DNA of 58,839 nucleotides, from IMG/VR virus record IMGVR_UViG_3300016476_000412, positions 1 to 58,839 of that record; one strand, written 5' to 3'. The DNA is from a virus. Taxonomy: Duplodnaviria; Caudoviricetes. This document shows, piece by piece, positions 9,026 to 17,518 of the stretch. The translations under genes and the position numbers were made by a program. Each line of letters opens with the position of its first letter. The first letter of the stretch is position 1. The notes beneath the pieces are model-generated. The model was not told the DNA's origin. It made no database searches and was given only the letters and a program-made list of their open reading frames with translations.

Positions 9026-9339
9026 TGACCAACGGGTCGGAATTGAAATCACCCGGTGCCATGGCACTGAGGGCGGCAGGGTTCAAACCCTGCCCCCGAT
9101 GGTGGCTGACTGAGGAACAGCTGGAACTGGTGGAATACATGGCCCGGCAGAACGAGACCGAGGTCAATCGGATCAGAGGTGAGGCGAACAGGTATGGACG
9201 ACGCATGGAAGGGCGAGGGGTTGATCCGCGGGCAGAAACCCAACGGCAACCGGAAGGAGGCAACCAAGCTGGTGAACGTGATCTACCACGCCCAGCGCAG
9301 GAAGGAGGGGGTTCCCACGGCAGGGGCGAAGAAGCATAA
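9025..9339 (+). CDS. Hypothetical protein
   Basis: TAATG coupling; the 3' third overlaps the next ORF. Confidence 0.55.
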   Translation: MTNGSELKSPGAMALRAAGFKPCPRWWLTEEQLELVEYMARQNETEVNRIRGEANRYGRRMEGRGVDPRAETQRQPEGGNQAGERDLPRPAQEGGGSHGRGEEA

Positions 9340-9382
9340 TGGCATGATGAAGGGCGTGTTCGCCGAGGTCAGCAAGCCGTGA
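9194..9382 (+). CDS. Small basic hypothetical protein
   Basis: ATG 9194, 62 aa, GTGA coupling with the next ORF. Confidence 0.45.
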   Translation: MDDAWKGEGLIRGQKPNGNRKEATKLVNVIYHAQRRKEGVPTAGAKKHNGMMKGVFAEVSKP

Positions 9383-9606
9383 AGCGCGTAGTTCTCAAAC
9401 CCCTGCACACCAAGGTGACGGGCGACTTGCCACGCATGATGCGCGTGTCCCTGCCCTGCGAACCGTGGGAGAAGGCGGATGAACCAGAACCTGATCCTAC
9501 TCTTGAACCTAAGGAAAAGATTGCGGGAACGGATAAGGACAAGCGGCGTGGGCACCGCTCACCCCGACATCTCGGCCCTTATACTCGCCGTAGAACAGAC
9601 GACTGA
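9379..9606 (+). CDS. Hypothetical protein
   Basis: GAGGT SD, GTG start, 75 aa. Confidence 0.5.
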   Translation: MKRVVLKPLHTKVTGDLPRMMRVSLPCEPWEKADEPEPDPTLEPKEKIAGTDKDKRRGHRSPRHLGPYTRRRTDD

Positions 9607-9617
9607 TAGGCTGCTAC

Positions 9618-9920
9618 ATGAAACCGACACCCCGCGAACAGCACCTCCGCAACGAGGTGGGCCAACTGACCCACCGCATCCATGAGATGATCGCCGAACG
9701 GAAGGCGATGCACTCCGACCTTGTCGCCCAACGTGCGGACATGACCACCGCACTGCACCTGCTGGAGATTGGCACGGTGAGGGACGCCATCCAAGTTCTC
9801 AGAGACGCACTCGCACACAGGGAGAGGAACCGTGAGAAGCGCAAGTCCCGCACTGGAGAAGGCGCTGGCCCGCATGTCGGACCGGCACCTGCAAGCCCTG
9901 CACCGGATCGCCAAGGATAA
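9618..9920 (+). CDS. Coiled-coil hypothetical protein
   Basis: 100 aa helical ORF. Confidence 0.5.
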   Translation: MKPTPREQHLRNEVGQLTHRIHEMIAERKAMHSDLVAQRADMTTALHLLEIGTVRDAIQVLRDALAHRERNREKRKSRTGEGAGPHVGPAPASPAPDRQG

Positions 9921-9999
9921 GGAGAAGGGGCTGCGCCCCTTCTTCACCGACGTCCACAACATGATCGCCTTGCGGAAGGCAGCGGAGAAGAAGGCATGA
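9832..9999 (+). CDS. Small basic protein not in the ORF track (55 aa)
   Basis: GGAGAGG SD, GTG start, MRSASPALEKALARMSDRHLQ...KAAEKKA, ATGA coupling to the 9996 gene. Confidence 0.55.
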   Translation: MRSASPALEKALARMSDRHLQALHRIAKDKEKGLRPFFTDVHNMIALRKAAEKKA

Positions 10000-10334
10000 C
10001 CAAGGACCTGACCGAGGGTGTGAAGTTCGACGGCGACAAGCTGCGCTACGACCTGATCCCGCCCGAACTGCTGGAGCAGACCGCCCTCGTGCTGACCTAT
10101 GGTGCGCACAAGTATAGCGCACGCAACTGGGAGAAGGGCATGAAGTGGGGGCGCTGCTTCGGCGCACTCATGCGTCACATGTGGGCGTGGTGGTGGGGCG
10201 AGGACCGTGACCCGGAGACTGGCTACTCCCACCTGTCCCATGCTGCCTGCTGCATTGCGTTCTTGATTGCATATGAACATCGTTGTATAGGTGAGGATGA
10301 TCGCAACAAGCTGGGAGGCAGCAGTGATGGATGA
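9996..10334 (+). CDS. dATP/dGTP diphosphohydrolase-domain protein (DUF5664-like)
   Basis: GVKFDGDKLRYDLIP..VLTYGA.KY..RNWEKG..ALMRH..W..GED.DPETG.SHL.HAACC. Confidence 0.85.
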   Translation: MTKDLTEGVKFDGDKLRYDLIPPELLEQTALVLTYGAHKYSARNWEKGMKWGRCFGALMRHMWAWWWGEDRDPETGYSHLSHAACCIAFLIAYEHRCIGEDDRNKLGGSSDG

Positions 10335-10635
10335 CCACTACGGTGCTACGGATGCGTTTGTGAAAGCATACGCATCGCGCAGTGTAGGGATGGAGGAAAT
10401 CCGTAAGAGTTCTTACATGGATAGCGCCACTTACGCCATGAAGGTAGCTGCGGAGATGGACTCGCGTGTCGTGGGTGAGGTGACGCACCAAGCTATACGC
10501 CATCTTGCAAACAAGTGCAGCATGGCAGAGACCGAACTGTTGGACTTCATCAAGTTCTTGCGCAACGACCCCGAAATCGCCGACCGCTATACTGCATACA
10601 AAACAGCGCGCCGTCTGCGCGGGGAGAGTGTATAA
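10327..10635 (+). CDS. Hypothetical small protein
   Basis: GGAGG SD; ends YTAYKTARRLRGESV. Confidence 0.7.
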   Translation: MDDHYGATDAFVKAYASRSVGMEEIRKSSYMDSATYAMKVAAEMDSRVVGEVTHQAIRHLANKCSMAETELLDFIKFLRNDPEIADRYTAYKTARRLRGESV

Positions 10636-12512
10636 TGGACATCGTTACTATCGACTTCGAGACCTACTACGACAAGGACTACTCCCTGTCGAAGATCACA
10701 ACCGAAGCATACATCCGTGACCCTCGCTTCGAAGTGATCGGTGTGGGTGTCAAGGTGAACGACGGACCCGTCGATACCTACAGCGGGGATGATGCTGGCA
10801 AGTTCCTCAAGTCGCTGGACTACAGCGACAAGGCCATCCTCTGCCACAACACCGTGTTCGACGGGGCCATCCTGTCGTGGAAGTACAAGATCAAACCGCG
10901 CTTCTGGCTGGACACCCTGTCCATGGCCCGCCCCCTCCATCAGTCCACCGTGGGCGGCAGCCTCAAGGCGCTGGCCCAGCACTACGGGCTGGGGGAGAAG
11001 GGCGAGGAAGTGGTGGCTGCACTGGGCAAGCGGCGCAGGGACTTCACCCCGGCCGACCTTGCCCAGTACATGCGCTACTGTGCGAACGACATCGAACTGA
11101 CCTATGCCCTGTTCAAGAAGTTGAAGAAGGGTTTCCCGCTCGACGAGTTGCGGATCATCGACACCACGCTGCGGATGTATACCGAGCCGATGGTGGAACT
11201 GGACGAGGAACTGCTGGAGGATCACCTCGCCCGTGTCGTTGCGTCCAAGCTGGCGCTGCTGGACAGTCTCGGTGGCAAGGGCAAGGACATCCTCATGTCC
11301 AACGACAAGTTCGCCAAGCTGCTCAAGCGGCGGGGTGTGGACGTGCCGATGAAGGTCAGCCCCGCCACGGGTAAGGAGACCTATGCCTTTGCCAAGACGG
11401 ACCTGCCCTTCCTCGCCCTGCAAGAACACCCCGACCCTGTGGTGCAGACGCTCGTGGCTGCGCGGCTGGGCCTCAAGTCCACGCTGGAAGAAACCCGCAC
11501 CAAGGCGCTGATCGGTGTGTCCCAGCGGGGGCGGTTGCCCATCATGCTGAATTACTACGGGGCGCACACCGGGCGCTTCTCTGGGGGCGACAAGCTGAAC
11601 CTCCAGAACCTGCCCAGCCGTGGTGACAACACCATCCGTCGCGCCCTCTGCGCCCCGCCGGGGTATAAGATCATCAGCTGCGACAGCAGTCAGATCGAAG
11701 CCCGCATGGTGGCCTACCTCGCTGGTCAGTCTGATCTGGTGCAGCAGTTCCGTGAGAACCGGGACGTGTATTCGGAGTTCGCCTCCGATGTCTACAACCG
11801 CAAGATCACCAAGGCCGACAAGGTGGAGCGCTTCGTCGGCAAGACCTGCATCCTCGGGCTGGGCTACATGACTGGCGCACCGAAGCTGCGGGACACCCTC
11901 AAGCGGGGGCAGGGTGACATCTCTGTGGACCTGACGCCGGAGGAAGCCACCGACATCGTGAACATCTACCGCCGCAAGAACCACAACATCGTCAAGCTGT
12001 GGGCCGAGTGCGGCTACGCCCTGTCCAACATGATCGCTGGACGCAAGGGGCAGATCGGCACCCTGCTGACCTATGACCCCGATGGTATCCTGCTGCCCAA
12101 CGGGATGAAGCTGCGCTACCACGGGCTGTCGGCCAACGACCGCAAGTTCTTCTACATCTCTGACAAGCGCATGTTTGACAGAGCGATGAAGGCGCGGCTG
12201 GAGGGCAGCAAGGCGAACGTGGGTGAGGGTCTGGTCCCCGGCCAGTCCCACCTCTACGGTGGCAAGGTGACGGAGAACGTGGTGCAGGCGCTGGCCCGCA
12301 TCGTGGTGGCTGGGCAGATGCTGGCTATCCATGACGCTGGCTACCACGTCGCCTTCCAAGTGCACGACGAGAACGTCTGCATCGTGCCCGAAGATCAGGC
12401 CGAGCAGGCACAGAAGGACATCGTGGCCATCATGTCCACCGCACCGTCGTGGGCACCCGACCTGCCCGTCGCCTGTGAGGCTGGCATGGCCGACACCTAT
12501 GGAGATGCGTGA
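10635..12512 (+). CDS. Family A DNA polymerase with 3'-5' exonuclease domain
   Basis: ExoI DFETYY, ExoII HN..FD, ExoIII YCAND; TGRFSG, NLQNLP, motif A DSSQIEAR, motif B KTCILGLGY, motif C QVHDE; TAATG start at 10635. Confidence 0.95.
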   Translation: MDIVTIDFETYYDKDYSLSKITTEAYIRDPRFEVIGVGVKVNDGPVDTYSGDDAGKFLKSLDYSDKAILCHNTVFDGAILSWKYKIKPRFWLDTLSMARPLHQSTVGGSLKALAQHYGLGEKGEEVVAALGKRRRDFTPADLAQYMRYCANDIELTYALFKKLKKGFPLDELRIIDTTLRMYTEPMVELDEELLEDHLARVVASKLALLDSLGGKGKDILMSNDKFAKLLKRRGVDVPMKVSPATGKETYAFAKTDLPFLALQEHPDPVVQTLVAARLGLKSTLEETRTKALIGVSQRGRLPIMLNYYGAHTGRFSGGDKLNLQNLPSRGDNTIRRALCAPPGYKIISCDSSQIEARMVAYLAGQSDLVQQFRENRDVYSEFASDVYNRKITKADKVERFVGKTCILGLGYMTGAPKLRDTLKRGQGDISVDLTPEEATDIVNIYRRKNHNIVKLWAECGYALSNMIAGRKGQIGTLLTYDPDGILLPNGMKLRYHGLSANDRKFFYISDKRMFDRAMKARLEGSKANVGEGLVPGQSHLYGGKVTENVVQALARIVVAGQMLAIHDAGYHVAFQVHDENVCIVPEDQAEQAQKDIVAIMSTAPSWAPDLPVACEAGMADTYGDA

Positions 12513-13183
12513 TGACCGTTAAACTCGCCCACTCGTACACCGCCCTCAAGATGTACGAGAACTGCCCGAAGCGCTACTACCACCAGCGCATCACCAAGGA
12601 AGTCGTGGACCAGCCGGGGACGGCGACGGTCTACGGTGAGCGGGTGCACAAGCAGTTGGAGGAATACCTCAAGGCCCCGGCGACGGGGCTGCCCGCCGAG
12701 ACGGCGGCGCTCCAGCCCCTGTGCGACAGCGTGATGAAGGGTGTCGATGGTGGCGGGATGCTGCTGATCGAGCAGGAGTACACCCTGACCAGCGACCTCA
12801 AGCCGACCACATGGTTCGCGCCGGACGCATGGCTGCGCTTCAAGCTGGACGTGCTGGCCATCCGGGGGAACAACACGGCCATGGTCGTGGACTGGAAAAC
12901 TGGGAAGCGCCGCCCCGACTTCGATCAGTTGGAGATGTTCGCCCTTGCGGTGTTCAGCTTCTGGCCGTCGATCCGCAAGGTCTCGTCCATGTTCGTCTGG
13001 ACCAAGGAGAACGCCATCGACAAGGAGACCTACCGGGTCGAGCACAAGGACGAGATGTGGACCCGGCTGCTGACCCGCATCCACCGGGTGGAGAAGTCCT
13101 TGGAGACGGACAACTGGCCTGCCAAACCCAGCGGGCTGTGCAAGTTCTGCCCGTGCCGGGAGTTCTGTGAGTTCGCCGCTTGA
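12512..13183 (+). CDS. PD-(D/E)XK Cas4/RecB-like exonuclease
   Basis: SYT..YENCPKRY, G..VH..LE, KLD..VVDWKTGK, QL..F, C-terminal CKFCPC..C (four-Cys cluster). Confidence 0.88.
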   Translation: MTVKLAHSYTALKMYENCPKRYYHQRITKEVVDQPGTATVYGERVHKQLEEYLKAPATGLPAETAALQPLCDSVMKGVDGGGMLLIEQEYTLTSDLKPTTWFAPDAWLRFKLDVLAIRGNNTAMVVDWKTGKRRPDFDQLEMFALAVFSFWPSIRKVSSMFVWTKENAIDKETYRVEHKDEMWTRLLTRIHRVEKSLETDNWPAKPSGLCKFCPCREFCEFAA

Positions 13184-13206
13184 CCGGCAACGAGTGAGGT
13201 GACACG

Positions 13207-13527
13207 ATGGCTACTCCAGAGGGCCGCATCAAAGCGGGGCTGGACCGGATGTTGAAGGCAGAGCGGGTGTGGTTTTACCCCCCGCAGGCCGGACCATTTG
13301 GTAGTGCTGGCATCCCTGACCGGGTTGCCATCGTGTCAGGCATCTTCGTCGGCATCGAATGTAAAGCTGACGCCACCAAGAAACCGACCGCCTTGCAGCT
13401 AAAGTGCATGGCGGACATCGAGGCTGCGGGTGGCAAGTGTTTCGTCGTCTACGACAAGGCAACCATCGAGCATGTGAGGGAGTGGATACATGCTTGTCGT
13501 CGAGTCCGCGAGGGCAGTAGCCCTTAA
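13207..13527 (+). CDS. VRR-NUC domain nuclease
   Basis: TPEGRIK, GIPD, FVGIECKA, PTALQ, AAGG..FVV. Confidence 0.88.
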   Translation: MATPEGRIKAGLDRMLKAERVWFYPPQAGPFGSAGIPDRVAIVSGIFVGIECKADATKKPTALQLKCMADIEAAGGKCFVVYDKATIEHVREWIHACRRVREGSSP

Positions 13528-15040
13528 ACTGAACGACCCCAACCGGGTCTTGGAGTGTATCCCCAAGGCGCGGCAGCTTCCGTCTGACCCTCGTATCGTC
13601 GTCGTGCCCCACCGGGTGCGTGAGATGCAGCGACTCAAGGAACTGGGGTTCAATCCGCCGTCGCCCATCGGCTACCAGTATGACTGGCCCGGGCGCTTCA
13701 CGCCGTTCGATCACCAGAAAACGACGGCCGACTTCCTTACTCTGCACAAGCGCTGCCTTGTGCTGAACTCCATCGGCACGGGCAAGACCGTCAGTTCCCT
13801 GTGGGCTGCGGACTACCTGATGAACGCCGGGCTGGTGAAGAAGGTGCTGATCCTGTCGCCCCTGTCCACACTGGAGCGGGTGTGGGGTGACGCCATCTTC
13901 AAGGAGTTCTACCACCGCAAGTCCGTCACCCTCTATGGCGATGCGAAGCGCAGGCTCAAGCTGCTCAAGACCGAGGCCGACTTCTACATCATCAACCACG
14001 ATGGCTTCCCGATCATCGCCAAGGAAGCGCTGGACATGTTCGACCTTGTCATCATCGACGAGGCGGCAGTCTACCGGAACCCATCGACCAAGAGGTTCAA
14101 GCAGTTCTACCGCTGGCTCCAAGTCCAGCCCAACCTGCGCCTGTGGCTGATGACCGGGACGCCGACCCCCAACGAGCCGACCGACGCATGGGCGCTGGCG
14201 AAGCTGGTGGACAGCCCGCACATGGCCAAGACCTACACCGCCTTCCGCGAACAGGTCATGACCAAGATCGGCCAGTGGAAGTTCGTGCCCCGACCGGACA
14301 GCGTGGACATCGTGAAGCATGTGCTCCAGCCCTCCATCCGCTTCACCCGGGAGGAATGTCTGGACCTACCGGACACCATCACGCAGACCCGCAAGGTGGA
14401 GATGACGCCGGAGCAGTCGAAGCACTTCAAGCAGATGGTCAAACAGCTTGTGACCGAGGCTGCGGGCGGCACGATCACCGCCGTGAACGAGGCGGTGAAG
14501 GCGCAGAAGCTGATCCAGATTGCCCTTGGCGTGGCCTATGGCGAGAACGGGGAACTGATCGAACTGGACTGCGCACCCCGCATCACCGCCGTGAAGGAGG
14601 TGATCGAGGAAGCGGGCGAGAAGGTGATCCTGTTCGTCCCCCTGACTGGCACCCTGCGGATGCTGGAGCGTGAACTGTCGAAGCACTGGACGGTGGGTGT
14701 GGTGAACGGTGAGGTGTCGTCTGCGAAGCGCAATGACATCTTCCATAACTTCCAGAACGCGCGTGACCCGCACATCCTGCTTGCACATCCTGCGACGATG
14801 GCGCACGGTTTGACCTTGACAGCAGCGTCAACCGTCGTATGGTATGGTCCTATCACCAGTAACGAACAGTATGTTCAGGCCAATGGTCGTGTAGAACGTA
14901 TCGGCAAGAAGCATGTGTCGAACGTCGTACACATTGAAGCAACCGAGGTTGAGCATCGCATCTACGAACGTCTGCGTAACAAGCAGAAGCTGCAAGGTGT
15001 GTTGCTTGATCTGATAGCCCAGATGGGAAGGGTAAGATGA
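13490..15040 (+). CDS. SNF2-like superfamily 2 helicase
   Basis: PFDHQ, GTGKT, DEAA, MTGTP, HGLTL, QANGRVERIG. Confidence 0.92.
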   Translation: MLVVESARAVALKLNDPNRVLECIPKARQLPSDPRIVVVPHRVREMQRLKELGFNPPSPIGYQYDWPGRFTPFDHQKTTADFLTLHKRCLVLNSIGTGKTVSSLWAADYLMNAGLVKKVLILSPLSTLERVWGDAIFKEFYHRKSVTLYGDAKRRLKLLKTEADFYIINHDGFPIIAKEALDMFDLVIIDEAAVYRNPSTKRFKQFYRWLQVQPNLRLWLMTGTPTPNEPTDAWALAKLVDSPHMAKTYTAFREQVMTKIGQWKFVPRPDSVDIVKHVLQPSIRFTREECLDLPDTITQTRKVEMTPEQSKHFKQMVKQLVTEAAGGTITAVNEAVKAQKLIQIALGVAYGENGELIELDCAPRITAVKEVIEEAGEKVILFVPLTGTLRMLERELSKHWTVGVVNGEVSSAKRNDIFHNFQNARDPHILLAHPATMAHGLTLTAASTVVWYGPITSNEQYVQANGRVERIGKKHVSNVVHIEATEVEHRIYERLRNKQKLQGVLLDLIAQMGRVR

Positions 15041-15264
15041 CGTTTGTGATCGAGAAGAACGTGCCGCTGCCGGAGAAGAACATCCGGTGGAAGTACCCGT
15101 TCGATCAGATGGAAGTTGGTGACAGCTTCTTCGTTGCGAACAAGGAGAGCACCCAGATGTCGGCGCTGTGCAAGCGCGCTGGCAAACGGCTGGAAGCCCG
15201 CTTCGTGACGGCGAAGGCTGAGACCAACGACGCCAAGGGCGTCCGGGTCTGGAGGGTCGAATGA
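15037..15264 (+). CDS. Small conserved putative DNA-binding protein
   Basis: IEKNVPLP..KYPF..MEVGDSFFV..GVRVWRV. Confidence 0.7.
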   Translation: MTFVIEKNVPLPEKNIRWKYPFDQMEVGDSFFVANKESTQMSALCKRAGKRLEARFVTAKAETNDAKGVRVWRVE

Positions 15265-15662
15265 GCCTCACAGTCGAGCAGGTGGTAGGCACCTACATGA
15301 AACTTCGCCGCAAGAAGGAAGCGGTGGAACAGCAGGTCAAGGACGAGGTCGCCGACATCAAGGCGAAGATGACCAAGCTGGAGTCGTGGCTGATGCAGAA
15401 AGCGGACGAGGATGGCGTCACGTCGTTCAAGACCGCCGCCGGTACGGCCTTCATCACCACGACCGACTTCGCCAACGTGGCTGACTGGGACGCTGTGCTG
15501 AACTTCATCAAGGAGAACGAGGCGTTCGACATGCTGGAGAAGCGGGTGTCCAAGTCCGCGGTCAAGGCGCTGCTGGACGAGACGGGCGAGGTTCCGCCCG
15601 GCATCACCTACGGCACCAAGATCGGGATCAACGTGCGCAAGCCGACTGGCGGTGACGAATGA
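15261..15662 (+). CDS. Conserved coiled-coil replication-module protein (Gam-like, tentative)
   Basis: N-terminal coiled coil, DWD, LEKRVSK, PPGI motifs. Confidence 0.6.
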   Translation: MSLTVEQVVGTYMKLRRKKEAVEQQVKDEVADIKAKMTKLESWLMQKADEDGVTSFKTAAGTAFITTTDFANVADWDAVLNFIKENEAFDMLEKRVSKSAVKALLDETGEVPPGITYGTKIGINVRKPTGGDE

Positions 15663-15955
15663 GCAACATCTTCCGTCGCCTGTTCACTTCCGTGGTGCAC
15701 GTCAAGAACGGTCAGGTCAGTGTGGAGACTGCCCCCTCGGGTGAGGGTAGCGCCAACCAAGTTCTGAACATGCTCTCGCACTGGGAGAACAAGCAGAACC
15801 TGTCGGTCGTGCCGATCAACAACGGCTTCCTGATCTGCACCCGGGTCTACAACCCGAACGGGCCGGACTACGTCGAGGCGACCCATGTCGCCGATGTCGA
15901 GACCCTCGGTACTACCATCGTTGCCCAACTGGCTGCGATGCGCCTCAAGAAATAA
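15659..15955 (+). CDS. Hypothetical protein
   Basis: ATGA coupling; ends AQLAAMRLKK. Confidence 0.7.
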   Translation: MSNIFRRLFTSVVHVKNGQVSVETAPSGEGSANQVLNMLSHWENKQNLSVVPINNGFLICTRVYNPNGPDYVEATHVADVETLGTTIVAQLAAMRLKK

Positions 15956-15976
15956 CCGCAACCACAGGAGACCCCT

Positions 15977-16210
15977 ATGACCAAAGGTGAATACCGCGTT
16001 GGTATCAACTTCAACCCGTCGGCTGACGACATGGTTGGCAAGATCAAGCGGGCTGCCGCCGATCTGATCGACCTGATCGACGGCATCAAGGCCAGCACCG
16101 ACGGACACGACACGGTCGTGGAAGTCCTGCGCCTCAAGGCGCTGGCTCAGACCCACGTCGAAGACGCCGCAATGTGGGCAGTGAAAGCTGCCACGAAACC
16201 CGCTCTGTAA
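15977..16210 (+). CDS. Helical-hairpin protein, candidate Acb2/Tad1-like nucleotide sponge
   Basis: FNPS..V..IK..A.LID...R..ALAQT..E.AAMWAVKAATK. Confidence 0.55.
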   Translation: MTKGEYRVGINFNPSADDMVGKIKRAAADLIDLIDGIKASTDGHDTVVEVLRLKALAQTHVEDAAMWAVKAATKPAL

Positions 16211-16219
16211 GAGGACACC

Positions 16220-17239
16220 ATGAGCAACATCGTTCCCAGCAACATCCAAATCCCGGCCCACCTCGCGCGTGTGGTCGGTCAGCCTTCGGCCCTGTCGGCT
16301 GCACTGGCTGGCGGTCTGTCCGGCGGCGCGAACTATCCCCGCATCTCCATCAAGGGTGCGCGGTTCCGCATCGTGGAAGACGGCACGGAGACCGTGCTCG
16401 AAGACACGAAGCTGTCGGTCGTGATCGTGGGTGCCAACCCCCGTCTGTCGAAGACGTACTACGCAAAGCAGTGGACCCCGGACAGCGAACCGTCGTCGCC
16501 GGATTGCTACTCGCTGGACGGTATCCGCCCGGCTGGTGACAGCACCGACCCGCAGCATGACACCTGCGCTGGGTGCCCGATGAACGCATGGGGTTCCAAG
16601 GTCACGCCGATGGGCCAGCAGATCAAAGCCTGCGCCGACCAGAAGCGTCTGGCCGTGGTCGCTTCGAACGACCCGACTGGTCCGACCTACCTGCTCCAGA
16701 TCACGCCCGCTGCACTCAAGGGGCTGGCCTCCTACCAGAAGGAACTGTCCCACCGGGGCATCCCGGTCGAGGCGGTCAAGACCGTCGTGACCTTCGACAC
16801 CGACGCCAGCTTCCCGAAGCTGATGTTCAAGTTCGGCGGCTTCCTTGATGAGGACGAGTACGCAGCAGTGGAAGAACTGTTCGGCTCGGACAAGGTCATG
16901 GAAATCACGGGCGAGAAGACCGAGGCCCCGGCCGAGGAAGAAACCCCGGCACCCAAGCCGAAGGCTGCCGCCAAGCCCGCCGTGAAGGCCAAGCCTGCGC
17001 CGGAACCCGAGCCGGAGCCGGAAGCGCCGAAGCGTGGGTTCGGTGCCAAGGCTGCGCCCAAGCCTGCCGTGGTCGAGGATGACGAGGAAGAAGCCCCGCC
17101 GCCGAAGGCCAAGGCTGCTGCCAAGCCCGCCGCTGCGAAGGCTGCGCCGAAGGCCGCGCCCAAGGTCGAAGCCAAGGGCACCTCGTCGCTGGCCGACGAG
17201 ATTGCTGCCCTGATGGAGGACATGGACGAAGATGACTGA
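16220..17239 (+). CDS. Putative single-stranded DNA-binding protein
   Basis: Cys-containing N-terminal domain, Ala/Pro/Lys linker, acidic tail EDMDEDD, located next to the primase. Confidence 0.6.
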   Translation: MSNIVPSNIQIPAHLARVVGQPSALSAALAGGLSGGANYPRISIKGARFRIVEDGTETVLEDTKLSVVIVGANPRLSKTYYAKQWTPDSEPSSPDCYSLDGIRPAGDSTDPQHDTCAGCPMNAWGSKVTPMGQQIKACADQKRLAVVASNDPTGPTYLLQITPAALKGLASYQKELSHRGIPVEAVKTVVTFDTDASFPKLMFKFGGFLDEDEYAAVEELFGSDKVMEITGEKTEAPAEEETPAPKPKAAAKPAVKAKPAPEPEPEPEAPKRGFGAKAAPKPAVVEDDEEEAPPPKAKAAAKPAAAKAAPKAAPKVEAKGTSSLADEIAALMEDMDEDD

Positions 17240-17516
17240 TGCACGGTCGATCCCGTTCGACCGGATCGACTCGCTGCGGCGTCACATGATGCTCACTCGT
17301 GGGCAGATGGCACGGTTACTCGGGGTCTCCCGAGTAACCTACTACAACTGGCAGGCGGCAGGACAACCGGCAGCACGAAATATAGTGTACGTCAGGAAGG
17401 TGCTGAAAGAACTACTCAGGATCGTGGTGGATCATGAGTGGCCTTCGCCCCGGGTCATCGCCATGGACAGCGACGAACGACTGGTGGAACTACAAAAACT
17501 GATCCACATAGTATAA
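17232..17516 (+). CDS. XRE-like helix-turn-helix regulator
   Basis: LRRHMMLTRGQMARLLGVSRVTYYNW. Confidence 0.8.
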   Translation: MTDARSIPFDRIDSLRRHMMLTRGQMARLLGVSRVTYYNWQAAGQPAARNIVYVRKVLKELLRIVVDHEWPSPRVIAMDSDERLVELQKLIHIV

Positions 17517-17518
17517 GG

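Noticed and set aside
9996-12512. 2-aminoadenine (Z) genome system
   Set aside because: No PurZ-like synthetase is recognisable; the hydrolase alone is insufficient
12512-13183. Cas4-like gene as part of a CRISPR system
   Set aside because: No repeat-spacer array or other cas genes; stand-alone Cas4-like nucleases are common in phage replication modules
17232-17516. XRE gene as a lysogeny repressor
   Set aside because: No integrase, divergent cI/cro layout or peptidase domain; it sits inside the replication operon
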